Below are positions 40,696 through 51,858 of a stretch of 64,000 bases of DNA, in pieces. The stretch's first letter is position 1. Every line of letters starts with the position of its first letter. The DNA is from Clostridia bacterium (GTDB taxonomy: Bacteria; Bacillota; Clostridia; HGM11514), in the NCBI GenBank assembly GCA_045586685.1, contig JAZNAU010000038.1:32001-96000 (forward strand). The letters are read 5' to 3'. Under the pieces are notes generated by a model. It searched no databases and was not told the DNA's origin. It was given only the letters and a program-made list of their open reading frames with translations. The position numbers were made by a program, and so were the translations under genes.

Positions 40696-41739
40696 TTATT
40701 TAAAATACTCTTCCAAAATTTCATTGTAAGCTGAAAATGCTGAAGGAATCGCACATCGCTCTACCACCTGAGACCAATTCATCCAGACAAAATCTCCCCA
40801 AGGCTTTGACACTTGAACAAGATAGCCTTTCATATCCCATTCAATATGAGTAAAAATATGCTTTGCCCCTCCCACTGACTTCATTTTCTCTATCTGTGCT
40901 CCTTGCTCGGTGAGAAGATTGTGACATTGGGTCATGGTGAGCCTTTCTTCCATCCAAGGATACTCCCACATTTTTGCAAGAAGTCCTTTCTCTCCCCGTT
41001 TTCGAACTGCAACTTTCTGCTCACACACCATTAGCAACACCGTTTTTTCTTCTTTTTTCCGTTTTTGCTTTTTTTCTTTGACGGGGAGCTCGTTTTGAAT
41101 TCCTTTTTTGTAAGCCTGACATATTTTATTCACAGGACATTCATCACATTTGGGTTGTCCGTTAGGCAGACAAACCATAGCACCAAGCTCCATCAATGCC
41201 TGATTAAAATCCCCCACTCTTTTGGGCAGAATCTCTTTAATTTCTATTCCCATTCCTTTCATAACAGCAGGACTGCTGATGTTATCAAAGCTTGCCTTGA
41301 TTCTAGAAATCACACGAAGCACATTTCCGTCCACTGCAGGAACAGGTTGGTTATAGGCAATAGAAGAAATTGCCCCTGCGCTGTATACACCGATTCCGGG
41401 AAGTTCAAGGAGTTTTTCATATTCTTTAGGTAAAATACCGTCATACTGCTCCATAACGATCCGTGCCGCTTTTTGCATATTTCGTACACGATTATAATAT
41501 CCTAAACCCTCCCACAGTTTTAACAAAACATCCTCCTCCGCCTCTGCCAAGGCTTGAATGGTAGGTAATGTATCTAAAAATCTATCATAATAAGGTTTTG
41601 CTGTCTTCACTCTCGTTTGTTGCAGCATAATTTCAGACAGCCAAACCCGATAAGGCGACGGGTCATCACGCCATGCAAGCACACGGGCATTCCGGTCGTA
41701 CCATGCAAGCAAGGGATCAACAATACGAATTAACTCCAT
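40696..41739 (-). CDS. mutY: A/G-specific adenine glycosylase
   Basis: SEIMLQQT, WEGLGYY, HhH LPGIG, VDGNVLRV, 4Fe-4S Cys cluster, HIFTH. Confidence 0.96.
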   Translation of the reverse strand: MELIRIVDPLLAWYDRNARVLAWRDDPSPYRVWLSEIMLQQTRVKTAKPYYDRFLDTLPTIQALAEAEEDVLLKLWEGLGYYNRVRNMQKAARIVMEQYDGILPKEYEKLLELPGIGVYSAGAISSIAYNQPVPAVDGNVLRVISRIKASFDNISSPAVMKGMGIEIKEILPKRVGDFNQALMELGAMVCLPNGQPKCDECPVNKICQAYKKGIQNELPVKEKKQKRKKEEKTVLLMVCEQKVAVRKRGEKGLLAKMWEYPWMEERLTMTQCHNLLTEQGAQIEKMKSVGGAKHIFTHIEWDMKGYLVQVSKPWGDFVWMNWSQVVERCAIPSAFSAYNEILEEYFK

Positions 41740-41893
41740 CCTTTTTCCTCCTCTCTAATTATTATTATAACACAAAACGCTCCCACATTCAAGGTGTTTT
41801 ACCGATTCCAAAACGGAATATTAAGGAATTAACATAAAAAAAGAACTGTAACAAAATGAAATCTTTTTGCCACAGTTCCTTATTTTGTTTTCA

Positions 41894-42640
41894 TTATAAT
41901 ACACTGTTTAAAAATTGCCGTGTTCTGGAATCCTGAGGATGTTCAAAAATATTTTCCGGTGCTCCTTCCTCTACAATATTCCCGTCACACATAAACAAAA
42001 CTCTATTTGCGACTTCACGGGCAAATCCCATTTCATGGGTTACAACCACCATGGTCATTCCCTCTTGGGCAAGCTGTTTCATAACTGCCAATACCTCTCC
42101 CACCATTTCGGGGTCCAAAGCTGAGGTGGGTTCATCAAACAACATAACATTCGGATTCATGCAAAGAGCACGCACAATAGCAACTCTCTGTTTCTGTCCG
42201 CCTGACAACTGAGAAGGATAAGCACCGCTTCTATCTGCCAAACCAACCCGTTCCAACAACTCCATTGCTTTTTTTTCTGCATCCTCACGGGGCATTTTCA
42301 AAAGTTTCATGGGAGCTAAGGTCATGTTACGCAACACTGTCATGTGTGGAAACAAATTAAATTGCTGAAAAACCATTCCCATCTTCTGGCGGTGTTCATT
42401 GATATTGACTTTCGGGTCTGTAATATCCGTTCCTTCAAAAAATACCTTTCCCTCAGACGCAGTCTCCAAAAGATTCAAAGAACGCAAAAAAGTTGATTTT
42501 CCGGAACCGGAAGGTCCGATTACAACCACAACTTCCCCCTTTTTAATTTCAGCATCCACATGATCTAATGCTTTAATTTCGTTATTTTTTCCGTAATATC
42601 TGCAAAGGCCTTCTGTTTTGATAATCACATTATCGTTCAC
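41894..42640 (-). CDS. Polar amino acid ABC transporter ATP-binding protein
   Basis: [26 protein letters not shown] and [10 protein letters not shown] motifs. Confidence 0.95.
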   Translation of the reverse strand: MNDNVIIKTEGLCRYYGKNNEIKALDHVDAEIKKGEVVVVIGPSGSGKSTFLRSLNLLETASEGKVFFEGTDITDPKVNINEHRQKMGMVFQQFNLFPHMTVLRNMTLAPMKLLKMPREDAEKKAMELLERVGLADRSGAYPSQLSGGQKQRVAIVRALCMNPNVMLFDEPTSALDPEMVGEVLAVMKQLAQEGMTMVVVTHEMGFAREVANRVLFMCDGNIVEEGAPENIFEHPQDSRTRQFLNSVL

Positions 42641-43358
42641 TCTTTCTCAGCCTCCTTTCAAGCACATCAACCAACCATGTAAAGAACATTACCATTACAA
42701 GGTAGATGGCTGCAATGGCAAGCAAAGGCCAAAAACTCTGATAAGTAATTCCTCTTATAATATTTGCACCTCTGGTCAGGTCCGTAACGCCTACATAACC
42801 GGCAATCGCAGTTTCCTTCAAAAGAACGATAAATTCATTTGCCAATGCAGGGAGAATGTTTTTAAAGGTTTGAGGCAATACAATATACCACATTGTCATC
42901 ATATAGTTAAATCCAAGAGAACGTCCCGCCTCTGTTTGCCCTATATCAATGCTCATAATACCGCCTCTGATAATCTCCGCTACATATGCACCTGAGTTAA
43001 TACCAAAGGCAATGATACCGCAAAGCATTTTATTATCAGAACTTGCCATGATAATAAAAAATATAATCAAAATTTGAACCATTGCAGGTGTTCCTCTAAT
43101 AATGGTAAGATACACCCTACTGATGCCATTTCCTATGGCTAAAAGAAACTTTGTAACAGAAGGCACCATCTCTTTAAACTGCTTGTCGTATGTGGTTCTG
43201 ATTGCTGCAACAACCACGCCTAACACAACGCCTAATATCAAAGCAAAAAAAGTAAGAATCAGTGTATTTTGAATTCCTTCTAACAGATATTTCCACCTGT
43301 TATCGACAATGAAAGCAGTTTCAAAATCTCTACCCAATTTTAAAATCCATTCAGGCAT
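42630..43358 (-). CDS. Polar amino acid ABC transporter permease
   Basis: [14 protein letters not shown] and [10 protein letters not shown] (EAA) motifs. Confidence 0.95.
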   Translation of the reverse strand: MPEWILKLGRDFETAFIVDNRWKYLLEGIQNTLILTFFALILGVVLGVVVAAIRTTYDKQFKEMVPSVTKFLLAIGNGISRVYLTIIRGTPAMVQILIIFFIIMASSDNKMLCGIIAFGINSGAYVAEIIRGGIMSIDIGQTEAGRSLGFNYMMTMWYIVLPQTFKNILPALANEFIVLLKETAIAGYVGVTDLTRGANIIRGITYQSFWPLLAIAAIYLVMVMFFTWLVDVLERRLRKSER

Positions 43359-43423
43359 CTTATGAATATTCCTTTCTAAGCATAATGAAAGGGCTGTGAG
43401 ATACAGCCCTTTGATAAGTAAAA

Positions 43424-44182
43424 TTATTCAGCAGGAATATACTTTTGAATGATATTCGCAACTGTACCGTCAGCGATCAGTTCGCCAAGAGCCTTGTCAA
43501 TCTGTTCTAAAAGTTCGGGCTGTTCCTTGGATACTGCTGCTGCATAATCTTCTGTAATATATTCGGTATCAAGAATTTTCAGACCGGGGTTGTTTTCAAC
43601 AAATACCTTTGCAGGCTCGTTATCAATAACAACACAATCAACTTTTCCTGAATTCAGAGCCATTACCGCATCAGCACCTTTGTTGAATCTTTCAACTGTG
43701 CCAAGGCCTTCATCTTCAATATCCCATGTGCAGTACAAATCACCTGTTGTAGCGAGCTGAACACCGATTTTGTTGCTGGCACCTTCTTTGAAAAGGTCAT
43801 CAGCAGTGGTAATTTCAGAATCTTCTTTTACAATAATCACCTGAACACCTGTTGCATATGTCTGGGTGAAATTAACTTGTTCTTTTCTTTCATCAGTTAC
43901 GGTCATACCTGCCATAACAAAATCATACTTGCCGGTCTGAACACCGGGAATCAAAGAATCAAAATCAACATTTTCAATCACAAGCTCTTTTCCCAGTTTT
44001 TCTGCGATTGCCTGAGCAATTTCCGCATCAATACCAACAATTTCTCCGCCTTCCATGTATTCATAGGGCGGAAACTCTGCATTGGTAGCCATGGTCAGGG
44101 TTTTTGCATCGTCACCACCACAGGCAACCAAGGACAGACCACATATTGCAATCAACAACAGGGCCACTACTCTTTTCATCAT
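43424..44182 (-). CDS. Polar amino acid ABC transporter substrate-binding lipoprotein
   Basis: Lipobox LVAC; ATNAEFPPYEY; SBP family 3 features. Confidence 0.93.
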   Translation of the reverse strand: MMKRVVALLLIAICGLSLVACGGDDAKTLTMATNAEFPPYEYMEGGEIVGIDAEIAQAIAEKLGKELVIENVDFDSLIPGVQTGKYDFVMAGMTVTDERKEQVNFTQTYATGVQVIIVKEDSEITTADDLFKEGASNKIGVQLATTGDLYCTWDIEDEGLGTVERFNKGADAVMALNSGKVDCVVIDNEPAKVFVENNPGLKILDTEYITEDYAAAVSKEQPELLEQIDKALGELIADGTVANIIQKYIPAE

Positions 44183-44273
44183 AAAAATTCCTCCTACTTA
44201 ATAAAATATTATATTATAATCATAGCATATTCATAGTAAAAAAGCAAGCTTTTTTTCAATTTTACCCAAATTT

Positions 44274-45158
44274 TTATGCCCGAGGATGGGTTCTTTGATA
44301 AACATCACGAATCCGTTCTTTGGCAAGACGGGCATAGCCTTGGGTGGTAGCAGAGCTAACATGTCCCATTAACTGTTGCATAGAGCGGACATCTGCCCCA
44401 TTTTCCAGCAGATGAATAGCAAAGGACTGCCGAAGAATCTGGGGGGTAATTTCTTTTTTTAATCCTGCCATATTCTGATAATGCTTTACTAATTTCCAAA
44501 ATCCTTGTCTTGAAAAACGACTGCCGTTACAATTTACAAACAATGCATACTCGTCCGGCCGATACACAAGATAAGGTCTGACCTTTTTTAAATACTCAGA
44601 AATGCATGAAACTGCCGTTTCATAAACAGGAACGTTTCTTTCATGCTCCCCTTCCCCGCATTTTATGTACCGTTCACGAAGGTTGACATCCTCAACATTT
44701 AATGCAATCAACTCCGACACACGGATTCCTGTAGCATACAAAAGCTCCAGCATTGCTTTATCACGGCATCCCTTCGAGTCAATGGCCTTTGGCTGGTCTA
44801 GCAACAGTTCAACCTCAAGATTGGTCAGGATTTTAGGCGTTTTTTTCTCACCTCTGTCAATATGTAACCCCAAAGTCGGGTTCTTTTCCATATTTCCTTT
44901 ATCTGTAAAATACTGGTACATAGAGCGAATAGATGAAAGAGTTCTTGCGACCGTCGTCCCTGCTTTTCCCTTGGCAGATAAATCAGATAAATATCGTTCT
45001 ACCGTTTTTCGATTCACACCCAACAAATCATCAATTCGTTCCTCTGTTAAAAAACGAAGATAAGCATTCAAATCTCTGCCATAGGATTCCATTGTACTGG
45101 CAGATGCTCCTTTTTCTTCTTTTAAAAAGGTGAAAAATTCAGTCATATATTCTTCCAT
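44274..45158 (-). CDS. XerD/RipX-like tyrosine recombinase with an atypical catalytic motif
   Basis: LYATGIRVSEL, LLENGAD and GH...TTQGY motifs; spoIIM-xerD synteny; QILRQ replaces HxLRH. Confidence 0.85.
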   Translation of the reverse strand: MEEYMTEFFTFLKEEKGASASTMESYGRDLNAYLRFLTEERIDDLLGVNRKTVERYLSDLSAKGKAGTTVARTLSSIRSMYQYFTDKGNMEKNPTLGLHIDRGEKKTPKILTNLEVELLLDQPKAIDSKGCRDKAMLELLYATGIRVSELIALNVEDVNLRERYIKCGEGEHERNVPVYETAVSCISEYLKKVRPYLVYRPDEYALFVNCNGSRFSRQGFWKLVKHYQNMAGLKKEITPQILRQSFAIHLLENGADVRSMQQLMGHVSSATTQGYARLAKERIRDVYQRTHPRA

Positions 45159-45168
45159 TTCTACACCT

Positions 45169-45789
45169 CTATCCATACAAATTTGAAATCAGTCCCAACA
45201 ATTTCGGAACAAAATACACATCAATCATTCCCGCAACTAGCAATCCAACTGTGCAAAAAGCCATCACGGTAAAAAGTTGCAAAGACACCTGTCGAAATCC
45301 TTTCCCCGTTCGTTTTTTGCAACAACACTCCAAAATGTAAAAGGAAGTTTTGGTACACTCCAAGGCTCCTATCAGCAAAAAAGGAACCCAAATCACAGCT
45401 GACGGTACAATCCCCATAAGTATAAAAGGAATTACTTTTATTCCATACAGGCGAAAAAATACCATTGCCGTAAAACCGGCGGCAAAACCTTTGTACCAAA
45501 CCAGAAAAGGAATGACACCAATGCCAAACAAGGAAAAACCACTGACCAAGAGAAGCCCTGACAAGGAAACTGTCTGCAACACAGATTTATGAAACAATTC
45601 TCCGAAAAAAATTTTTTCCGGTTGTGACAGTGTTGTAAAAAAAACACCCAGAAATTCCCGTAATTCATCCTCGTTTCCGATGTTATCAAAACAGCTGCAT
45701 CCTAAAATCAGTCCCAATACAAGAGCGGTTATCAAAATAATAAATGAAACACTGTTTCTCGCAATATACTGTTCAATCAATCGTTTCAA
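45169..45789 (-). CDS. spoIIM: Stage II sporulation protein M
   Basis: Multi-TM protein with GVIP...KGF..GF; upstream of xerD-like gene; sigma-E-like promoter. Confidence 0.8.
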   Translation of the reverse strand: MKRLIEQYIARNSVSFIILITALVLGLILGCSCFDNIGNEDELREFLGVFFTTLSQPEKIFFGELFHKSVLQTVSLSGLLLVSGFSLFGIGVIPFLVWYKGFAAGFTAMVFFRLYGIKVIPFILMGIVPSAVIWVPFLLIGALECTKTSFYILECCCKKRTGKGFRQVSLQLFTVMAFCTVGLLVAGMIDVYFVPKLLGLISNLYG

Positions 45790-45820
45790 AAATGTCCCAC
45801 CTATCTAAAACAGATACCCT

Positions 45821-45850
45821 ATTTTATGAAGGCGGACAAGAAGTATATCC
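45821..45850 (-). promoter_or_regulatory. Sigma-E-type promoter of spoIIM
   Basis: GATATAC ... CATAAAAT; spoIIM is a known sigma-E target. Confidence 0.65.
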
Positions 45851-45853
45851 CTT

Positions 45854-46654
45854 TTATTTACTCATTGCCTCCGATTTATCCGAGCAGCTTTTCATTGCAT
45901 CCATCAATGCTGTTCTAAATCCCTTTTGTTCCAATACCTTTACTGCCTCAATGGTAGTTCCCCCTGGCGAACAAACCATATCCTTTAATTTTGCAGGATG
46001 AATACGGGTTTGTGCTGCCATTGCTGCAGACCCTTCTATGGTTTTCGCTGCCAGAACATAAGCCTCCTCGCGGGGAATTCCTGTAAGAACTGCTGCATCC
46101 GCCATTGCTTCAATCATCATAAAAACATAGGCAGGAGCACTTCCGTTGACTGCAACCGCTGCATTTAACAATTTTTCTTCAAGATAGATACAATCACCCA
46201 GACAAGAAAGAATTTCCCGTCCTAACTCCACATCTTCCTCGAATACAGACGAATCATAAGTATAAACCGTCATGCCCTTATTTACTTGAGCAGGCATGTT
46301 AGGCATGGTCCTAATGACCCGAACAGGTTTTTGGAAAAAACTTTTAATATAAGAAATGGACAAACCCGGCGCAATGGTAAGATACAGTTTATCCGAAAAT
46401 TCCTTTATTTCTTCTAAAACGAAAGGATAAATGTTCGGCTTCACCGCTAAAACAATTACATCAGATTCTTCTGCCACCTGACAATTATCGCGGGTTGTAT
46501 TCACGCCAAATGCAGAAATTTCCCGCAATTTTTCTTCTGATCGGTCGCTTACTGTAATCAATTTTGGAGAAATTCTGCCAACAAGACCTTTTACAATGGC
46601 AGAGGCCATATTTCCCGCGCCGATTACCCCGATTCTTTGTTCTAATAATTTCAT
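45854..46654 (-). CDS. proC: Pyrroline-5-carboxylate reductase
   Basis: IGAGNMA, LAVKP, RTMPN, GSAPAY and VCSPGGTT motifs. Confidence 0.96.
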   Translation of the reverse strand: MKLLEQRIGVIGAGNMASAIVKGLVGRISPKLITVSDRSEEKLREISAFGVNTTRDNCQVAEESDVIVLAVKPNIYPFVLEEIKEFSDKLYLTIAPGLSISYIKSFFQKPVRVIRTMPNMPAQVNKGMTVYTYDSSVFEEDVELGREILSCLGDCIYLEEKLLNAAVAVNGSAPAYVFMMIEAMADAAVLTGIPREEAYVLAAKTIEGSAAMAAQTRIHPAKLKDMVCSPGGTTIEAVKVLEQKGFRTALMDAMKSCSDKSEAMSK

Positions 46655-46748
46655 AATCATTCCTTCTTTCAAAAAACAGACGGAAATTCCCTCCGTCTGT
46701 TTTATTATAGCATAGATTCAATTTAGTTGCAACATAAAAAATTTGGTG

Positions 46749-47939
46749 TTAAAATCCTTTTTGTAAAAATTTTTCAATACGATTCAAGCCTTCTTCTATA
46801 TTTTTCATAGAGGTTGCATAGGAAAGACGGACAAAGCCATCTGCACTAAAGCCGATACCGGAAACAGCAGCAACCTTGGCAACCTCCAATAATGCTTCAC
46901 AAAAATCATCGGAATTTTCAATGTTATGACCATAAAACTCTTTCCCAAAACATTCACTGACATTCATCATAACATAAAATGCACCCGAAGGCTTTTTGCA
47001 AGACAGACCTTCAATGCTGTTAATCCGGTCAACCATATAATTTCTGCGTTCTTCAAAGGTTTTCCGCATCATTTCTACACATTCCTGCTCTCCGTCCAGT
47101 GCTGCCTCTGCTGCTTTCTGAGCAATAGAGTTTGGATTGGAAGTTTGATGGCTTTGAAGATTTCCCATCGCTTTTGCAAGACTGCTGTTTGACGCAGTAT
47201 AACCGATTCTCCACCCTGTCATAGCATGGCTTTTAGAAAGTCCGTTTATGATGATGGTGCGTTCTTTTATTTCTTCACTGACGGAGGCGATAGAAACGTG
47301 CGAGATTCCGTCATAAATCAGCTTTTCATAAATTTCATCTGATACAATATAAAAATCCTTTTCAACCGCCAATTCACCGATTGCTTTCAATTCTTCTTTC
47401 GTATAAAGCATACCGGTAGGATTGCTGGGGCTATTTAACACCAAGGCGCGAGTGCGGTCAGTCACCGCTCTTTTCAAATCCTCAACCGTAAATTTAAAAT
47501 TGTTTTCTTCCGTAGTAGGCATAATCACCGGCACACCGTCAGCCAGTTTAATCATTTCAGGATAACTGACCCAGTAAGGTGCAGGAACAATGACTTCATC
47601 CCCAGGATTGCAAATTGCAGTAAAGGTATTCACCAAAGACTGCTTGGCTCCATTACTGACAACAATATTGGCAGGGGTATATTCCAATGAATTATCTCTT
47701 GCCAGTTTCCTGCAAATTGCTTCCTTCAGTTCCTTTGTTCCGGAAGCGGGAGTATATTTGGTAAAACCATCCTGGATGGCTTTGATTGCAGCTGCCTTGA
47801 TGTAATCGGGAGTATCAAAATCCGGCTGCCCTGCTCCGAACCCGATGACATCTACACCCTCCCCGCGCATTATTTTCACTTTTTCGTCAATCGCTAAGGT
47901 AGGAGACGGTGCAACTGTACGAATTTTTTCTGATAACAT
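46749..47939 (-). CDS. Class I PLP aminotransferase (aspartate aminotransferase-like)
   Basis: GQPDFDTP, NSPSNPTG, SDEIY and SKSHAMTGWRIGY motifs. Confidence 0.92.
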   Translation of the reverse strand: MLSEKIRTVAPSPTLAIDEKVKIMRGEGVDVIGFGAGQPDFDTPDYIKAAAIKAIQDGFTKYTPASGTKELKEAICRKLARDNSLEYTPANIVVSNGAKQSLVNTFTAICNPGDEVIVPAPYWVSYPEMIKLADGVPVIMPTTEENNFKFTVEDLKRAVTDRTRALVLNSPSNPTGMLYTKEELKAIGELAVEKDFYIVSDEIYEKLIYDGISHVSIASVSEEIKERTIIINGLSKSHAMTGWRIGYTASNSSLAKAMGNLQSHQTSNPNSIAQKAAEAALDGEQECVEMMRKTFEERRNYMVDRINSIEGLSCKKPSGAFYVMMNVSECFGKEFYGHNIENSDDFCEALLEVAKVAAVSGIGFSADGFVRLSYATSMKNIEEGLNRIEKFLQKGF

Positions 47940-48021
47940 TATCAAATCCCTCCACAAAAATAAATCATACTGTTATTATAATATAAAATAAGAAAATTTG
48001 CAAGTTCTTTTATAAAAAAAT

Positions 48022-48933
48022 TCATAAATTATTTTTCAAAAACCTTATGTAATTTTTACAAAAGAGTGATTTTACTAATTCTTCCGAATAAAATTGGCAT
48101 AAGGTTTCATACAAAAATTCATAATCCTGAATCCCAATAAAGTTTTTCATGCAAGAATCAATTCCGTCGAAATCTGCTCCCAGACCAATGCAATTCTTCC
48201 CGCCAAGAGCAAGAAAATGCTCCAAATGACGAAGAAAATCGGTTATATCCGCCTCTCCTTTTTCGTTTAAAAAGAGAGGATAAGTATTAAGCCCCACCAT
48301 ACCGTCCATTTCACAAATCATTTGAAACTGTTCATCCGTCAGATTTCTCGGATGAGAACAAATACGACGTGAGTTGGAGTGACTTGCAATCAAAGGTTTT
48401 TCCGTCAATTCTGCCAAATCATAAAAGCTTTTATCAGATGCATGGGAAACGTCTATCAACATTCCCAGACGATTCATCTCTTTTACCGCTTTTCTTCCAA
48501 GCTCGGTAACACCAATCCCCGTCCCAAGAACACCTCCGCAAAGAGGAGTATCCTCATTCCAACTCAGGCTCATACACCGTACCCCTTTTTCATACAGGGT
48601 TTGCACCATAGAAACATCTGAGCCAAATCCGCCCTCTACCGTCAGAAATGCGACAGTCTTATTGTCTTTCAGTCCTTCTTGTAATTCTTGATAATTGGTT
48701 GCCTTACAAATCAGATCAGAATTGTTTTCAATTTCTTGTTCCATCGCATCCAAAAGAGTCAAGCACCGTTTTTGTGGACTTGGTTCCTCGGGCGGTATGA
48801 AAGCGGCAAAAAACTGAACAAAACCTTGATATTTCATAGCACGTTTCAAGCTCCAATGTCCCTTGGAGTCAAACAGAGATTCTCCTTTGGCTAGTTTCGT
48901 TGCAGTGTCACAATGAGAATCGACAATGACCAT
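48022..48933 (-). CDS. Membrane dipeptidase family (M19)
   Basis: DSHCD, TVEG, IDVSH, ASHSN, HPRNLTD and GADFDG motifs. Confidence 0.92.
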   Translation of the reverse strand: MVIVDSHCDTATKLAKGESLFDSKGHWSLKRAMKYQGFVQFFAAFIPPEEPSPQKRCLTLLDAMEQEIENNSDLICKATNYQELQEGLKDNKTVAFLTVEGGFGSDVSMVQTLYEKGVRCMSLSWNEDTPLCGGVLGTGIGVTELGRKAVKEMNRLGMLIDVSHASDKSFYDLAELTEKPLIASHSNSRRICSHPRNLTDEQFQMICEMDGMVGLNTYPLFLNEKGEADITDFLRHLEHFLALGGKNCIGLGADFDGIDSCMKNFIGIQDYEFLYETLCQFYSEELVKSLFCKNYIRFLKNNL

Positions 48934-48946
48934 AGATTCCTCCCAA

Positions 48947-49312
48947 TTAAAAAGCCTGTTCTATATGATTGATTTCTTTTACACGAAATCCCCCAAACAG
49001 AGAAGGCTCTGCCATTACTTCAATGATATCGAACCGAATATCTGTATCCTTATCATATGTACGTAAAAACTCTTGTGCCACCATTTTTATTTTTTCTTGT
49101 TTTCTGTATCCAACTGCCTCGGAAGGTGCTCCATAGTTTCTGGTTTGTCTGGTTTTGACTTCTGCAAACACCAAAACATTTGATTTTTCCACAATTAAAT
49201 CTACCTCCCCGTAACGGCAGGTATAATTTGAAACGATTTTACGATATCCTTTTTTTCTAAAATAACGGGCGGCCTCCCATTCGCCGAAACCGCCCAATCT
49301 TTTATTATCCAT
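48947..49312 (-). CDS. yraN: YraN family protein (UPF0102)
   Basis: GEVDLI, FAEVKTR and RFDII motifs; follows rnhB. Confidence 0.9.
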   Translation of the reverse strand: MDNKRLGGFGEWEAARYFRKKGYRKIVSNYTCRYGEVDLIVEKSNVLVFAEVKTRQTRNYGAPSEAVGYRKQEKIKMVAQEFLRTYDKDTDIRFDIIEVMAEPSLFGGFRVKEINHIEQAF

Positions 49313-49317
49313 CTTCT

Positions 49318-49911
49318 TTACTCCACAAATTTGCGACAAAAAGTTTTTCTGTGAATGGGACTTAATCCCCATTTCTTAATGGCTTCAATATGTACCTTCG
49401 TTCCGTATCCTTTATGCTTGGAAAATCCGTATTTCGGATACTTTGCATCACACTCACAAATAAATCGGTCACGGCTCACCTTTGCTAAAATTGATGCCGC
49501 TGCAATACAAGCAACCTTTCCATCACCCTTTACCACGCATTCATGCGGCAGAGTAATTCCCTTGCTTCGATTGCCGTCAATCAGTACGTAATCCGGTGTT
49601 ACCTCCAAGCCTTCCACTGCACCAAGCATAGCTTGAAAGGTTGCATTTAAAATATTGATTTCATCAATGATCCCTTCATCTACTGAACAAACTGCATAGG
49701 CTACCGCATTTTGAATAATATATTCATATAGTTCTTCTCTCTTTTTTTCAGACAGCTTTTTGGAGTCTTTAATATCGGGAATATAGTTCTCTTCTTCCAT
49801 AATCACCGCCGCTGCAAACACAGGTCCTGCAAGAGGTCCTCTGCCCGCTTCGTCCACACCTGCAACAAAGCGAAATCCACGGCTGTGAAGCTCCTGTTCC
49901 ATAGTAATCAT
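49318..49911 (-). CDS. rnhB: Ribonuclease HII
   Basis: [32 protein letters not shown] and HKGYGT motifs. Confidence 0.97.
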   Translation of the reverse strand: MITMEQELHSRGFRFVAGVDEAGRGPLAGPVFAAAVIMEEENYIPDIKDSKKLSEKKREELYEYIIQNAVAYAVCSVDEGIIDEINILNATFQAMLGAVEGLEVTPDYVLIDGNRSKGITLPHECVVKGDGKVACIAAASILAKVSRDRFICECDAKYPKYGFSKHKGYGTKVHIEAIKKWGLSPIHRKTFCRKFVE

Positions 49912-50762
49912 AACAAATCCACCGGTCTTTCCAACGAAATTTTTCCAAGCACTGCCCCGCGGAATTCGTCCAATAACACAAAAGCACCCCGTCTTGTATC
50001 CGCTTGCCCGCCCCGAACTAAAAAACCGCGGCTTTTGGAAATCTGCTCCAACACTTCATAATCCATCGTTTCAAGATGCTCAAGCTTATATCGCTCACAA
50101 AGCTGATCGGCATAATGCTTTCTTAAAGTTCCTATCAGATAGCATGCCAATTCTTCCATATCCATCACATCATCCTTAATAGCACCTGTAAAAGCAAGAT
50201 GAAGTCCCACTTGGCTATTTTCAAATTTCGGCCATAAAATTCCGGGTGTGTCCAAAAGCTCATAGCCATTTTTCAAACGAATCCACTGCTTTCCTCGGGT
50301 CACACCGGGACGGTCCCCCGTCTTGGTACTGCTCCGACCGGACAGGCGGTTAATCAACGAGGATTTTCCCACATTAGGAACTCCTACCACCATCATTCTG
50401 ATTTTTCGGTTGACCATTCCTTTTTCACGGTCACGCTGAATTTTCTCTGCCAAAACCTGTTCTGCCGCATCAAACACCTGATTGATTCCCTGACCGGTCA
50501 TGGCATTTACAGTGACACAGAGCAATCCACGTTCTTTGTAATAGGTCTCCCATTGAGCGGTTACTGTTTTATCAGCTAAATCTGTTTTAGTAATAACAAG
50601 CAAACGAGGTTTTCCTTTTGTTAAATGATCTAATTCCGGATTTCGAGAGGAAAAAGGAATTCTGGCATCAATCAATTCTACAATCAAATCAACCAGCTTT
50701 AAATCTGCTATTATTTCCCTACTCGTCTTGGTCATGTGACCGGGAAACCATTGAATGTCCAT
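49908..50762 (-). CDS. rbgA: Ribosome biogenesis GTPase A
   Basis: IQWFPGHM, DARIP, GVPNVGKS and DTPGILWPK motifs. Confidence 0.96.
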   Translation of the reverse strand: MDIQWFPGHMTKTSREIIADLKLVDLIVELIDARIPFSSRNPELDHLTKGKPRLLVITKTDLADKTVTAQWETYYKERGLLCVTVNAMTGQGINQVFDAAEQVLAEKIQRDREKGMVNRKIRMMVVGVPNVGKSSLINRLSGRSSTKTGDRPGVTRGKQWIRLKNGYELLDTPGILWPKFENSQVGLHLAFTGAIKDDVMDMEELACYLIGTLRKHYADQLCERYKLEHLETMDYEVLEQISKSRGFLVRGGQADTRRGAFVLLDEFRGAVLGKISLERPVDLL

Positions 50763-50780
50763 TTTCCTCACCTCGCTTTT

Positions 50781-51425
50781 TTAGTATAATCCTCCAAAAC
50801 GCTTATCAAAAGGGAAGAGCCGAACCCATGCTTTCCCTACAATATCAGCATAATCAACTAAACCAACAGAAGTATTTCTGCAATCAAGACTATGCTGACG
50901 ATTATCTCCCATAGCAAACAGATGTCCTTTTGGAATGGTAATGGGATAGGTCTGGTTGCCGCTTTCTGTTGTAGGAGAACCCAGATAGGGCTCAAGAATC
51001 ACTTCTCCGTCCACAAACACCTGAGTATCACGGATATCCACGGTCTGCCCTTCTGTTGCAATCACCCGCTTAATATAAGGACGCTCTTTATTCCCGTTAG
51101 GATAAAACACAATAATATCACCTTTTTTCGGCTCATATCCTAAACGAATCACCGCAAGACGGTCCCCTGTTGTTAAGGTATTCTCCATGGAAGGTCCTTC
51201 TACCACTACCATAGTGAATATAAAGGTACGAATGACAAAGGTAATCAACAGTGCAATACCGATGACCGAAATCCAATCAATCAATTCCTTCAAAACAGGA
51301 TGTGCTGCCGCAAAACCTGCTGCTCCTATCTCAGATGAAATTTCTTCCAGTACTGTTTCTTCATTTTCTTCTGCAGAGTCCGGTTTTTCCTCCGGATCAA
51401 ACATATTATTCTCATCTACCATCAT
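50781..51425 (-). CDS. lepB: Signal peptidase I
   Basis: GPSMENTL, YIKRVI and MGDNR motifs. Confidence 0.94.
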   Translation of the reverse strand: MMVDENNMFDPEEKPDSAEENEETVLEEISSEIGAAGFAAAHPVLKELIDWISVIGIALLITFVIRTFIFTMVVVEGPSMENTLTTGDRLAVIRLGYEPKKGDIIVFYPNGNKERPYIKRVIATEGQTVDIRDTQVFVDGEVILEPYLGSPTTESGNQTYPITIPKGHLFAMGDNRQHSLDCRNTSVGLVDYADIVGKAWVRLFPFDKRFGGLY

Positions 51426-51494
51426 GATATTCTCTCCATTCAAATTCCAAAAAATAAAGAAAAGGGGACGCTTTATTTAGCCTCCCCTTCGTCT

Positions 51495-51836
51495 TTAGAT
51501 CTTTTCTTTTACCTTGGCAGCCTTTCCTACACGGTCTCTCAGGTAGTACAGTTTTGCACGTCTTACTTTACCCTTACGTGATACTTCTATCTTGTCGATA
51601 TTCGGTGAATTTACAGGGAAAGTTCTTTCCACACCAACACCGTAAGATACACGTCTGACCGTAAAGGTCTCTTGAATACCGCCGTGTTTCTTCGCAATGA
51701 TAGTTCCTTCGAACATCTGGATTCTTTCGCGGTTTCCTTCTTTGACCTTCAGATAAATTTTTACGGTATCACCAATCAGCAGTTCAGGTAAATCAGTTCT
51801 GATCTGTTCTTCGGTAATTGCCTTCAAAATATCCAT
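51495..51836 (-). CDS. rplS: 50S ribosomal protein L19
   Basis: [18 protein letters not shown] and [11 protein letters not shown] motifs. Confidence 0.98.
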   Translation of the reverse strand: MDILKAITEEQIRTDLPELLIGDTVKIYLKVKEGNRERIQMFEGTIIAKKHGGIQETFTVRRVSYGVGVERTFPVNSPNIDKIEVSRKGKVRRAKLYYLRDRVGKAAKVKEKI

Positions 51837-51858
51837 CTGGCTTCCTCCTCTCTCCATA

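Noticed and set aside
40486-40729. ORF-track calls 40496-40729 (+) and 40486-40671 (-)
   Set aside because: Neither has an RBS, and the + one crosses the terminator into mutY; the frame starting at 40465 is better supported
44200-44250. Possible ARG box upstream of the amino-acid ABC operon
   Set aside because: Only a half-site-like ATGAATA in AT-rich DNA; too weak to call
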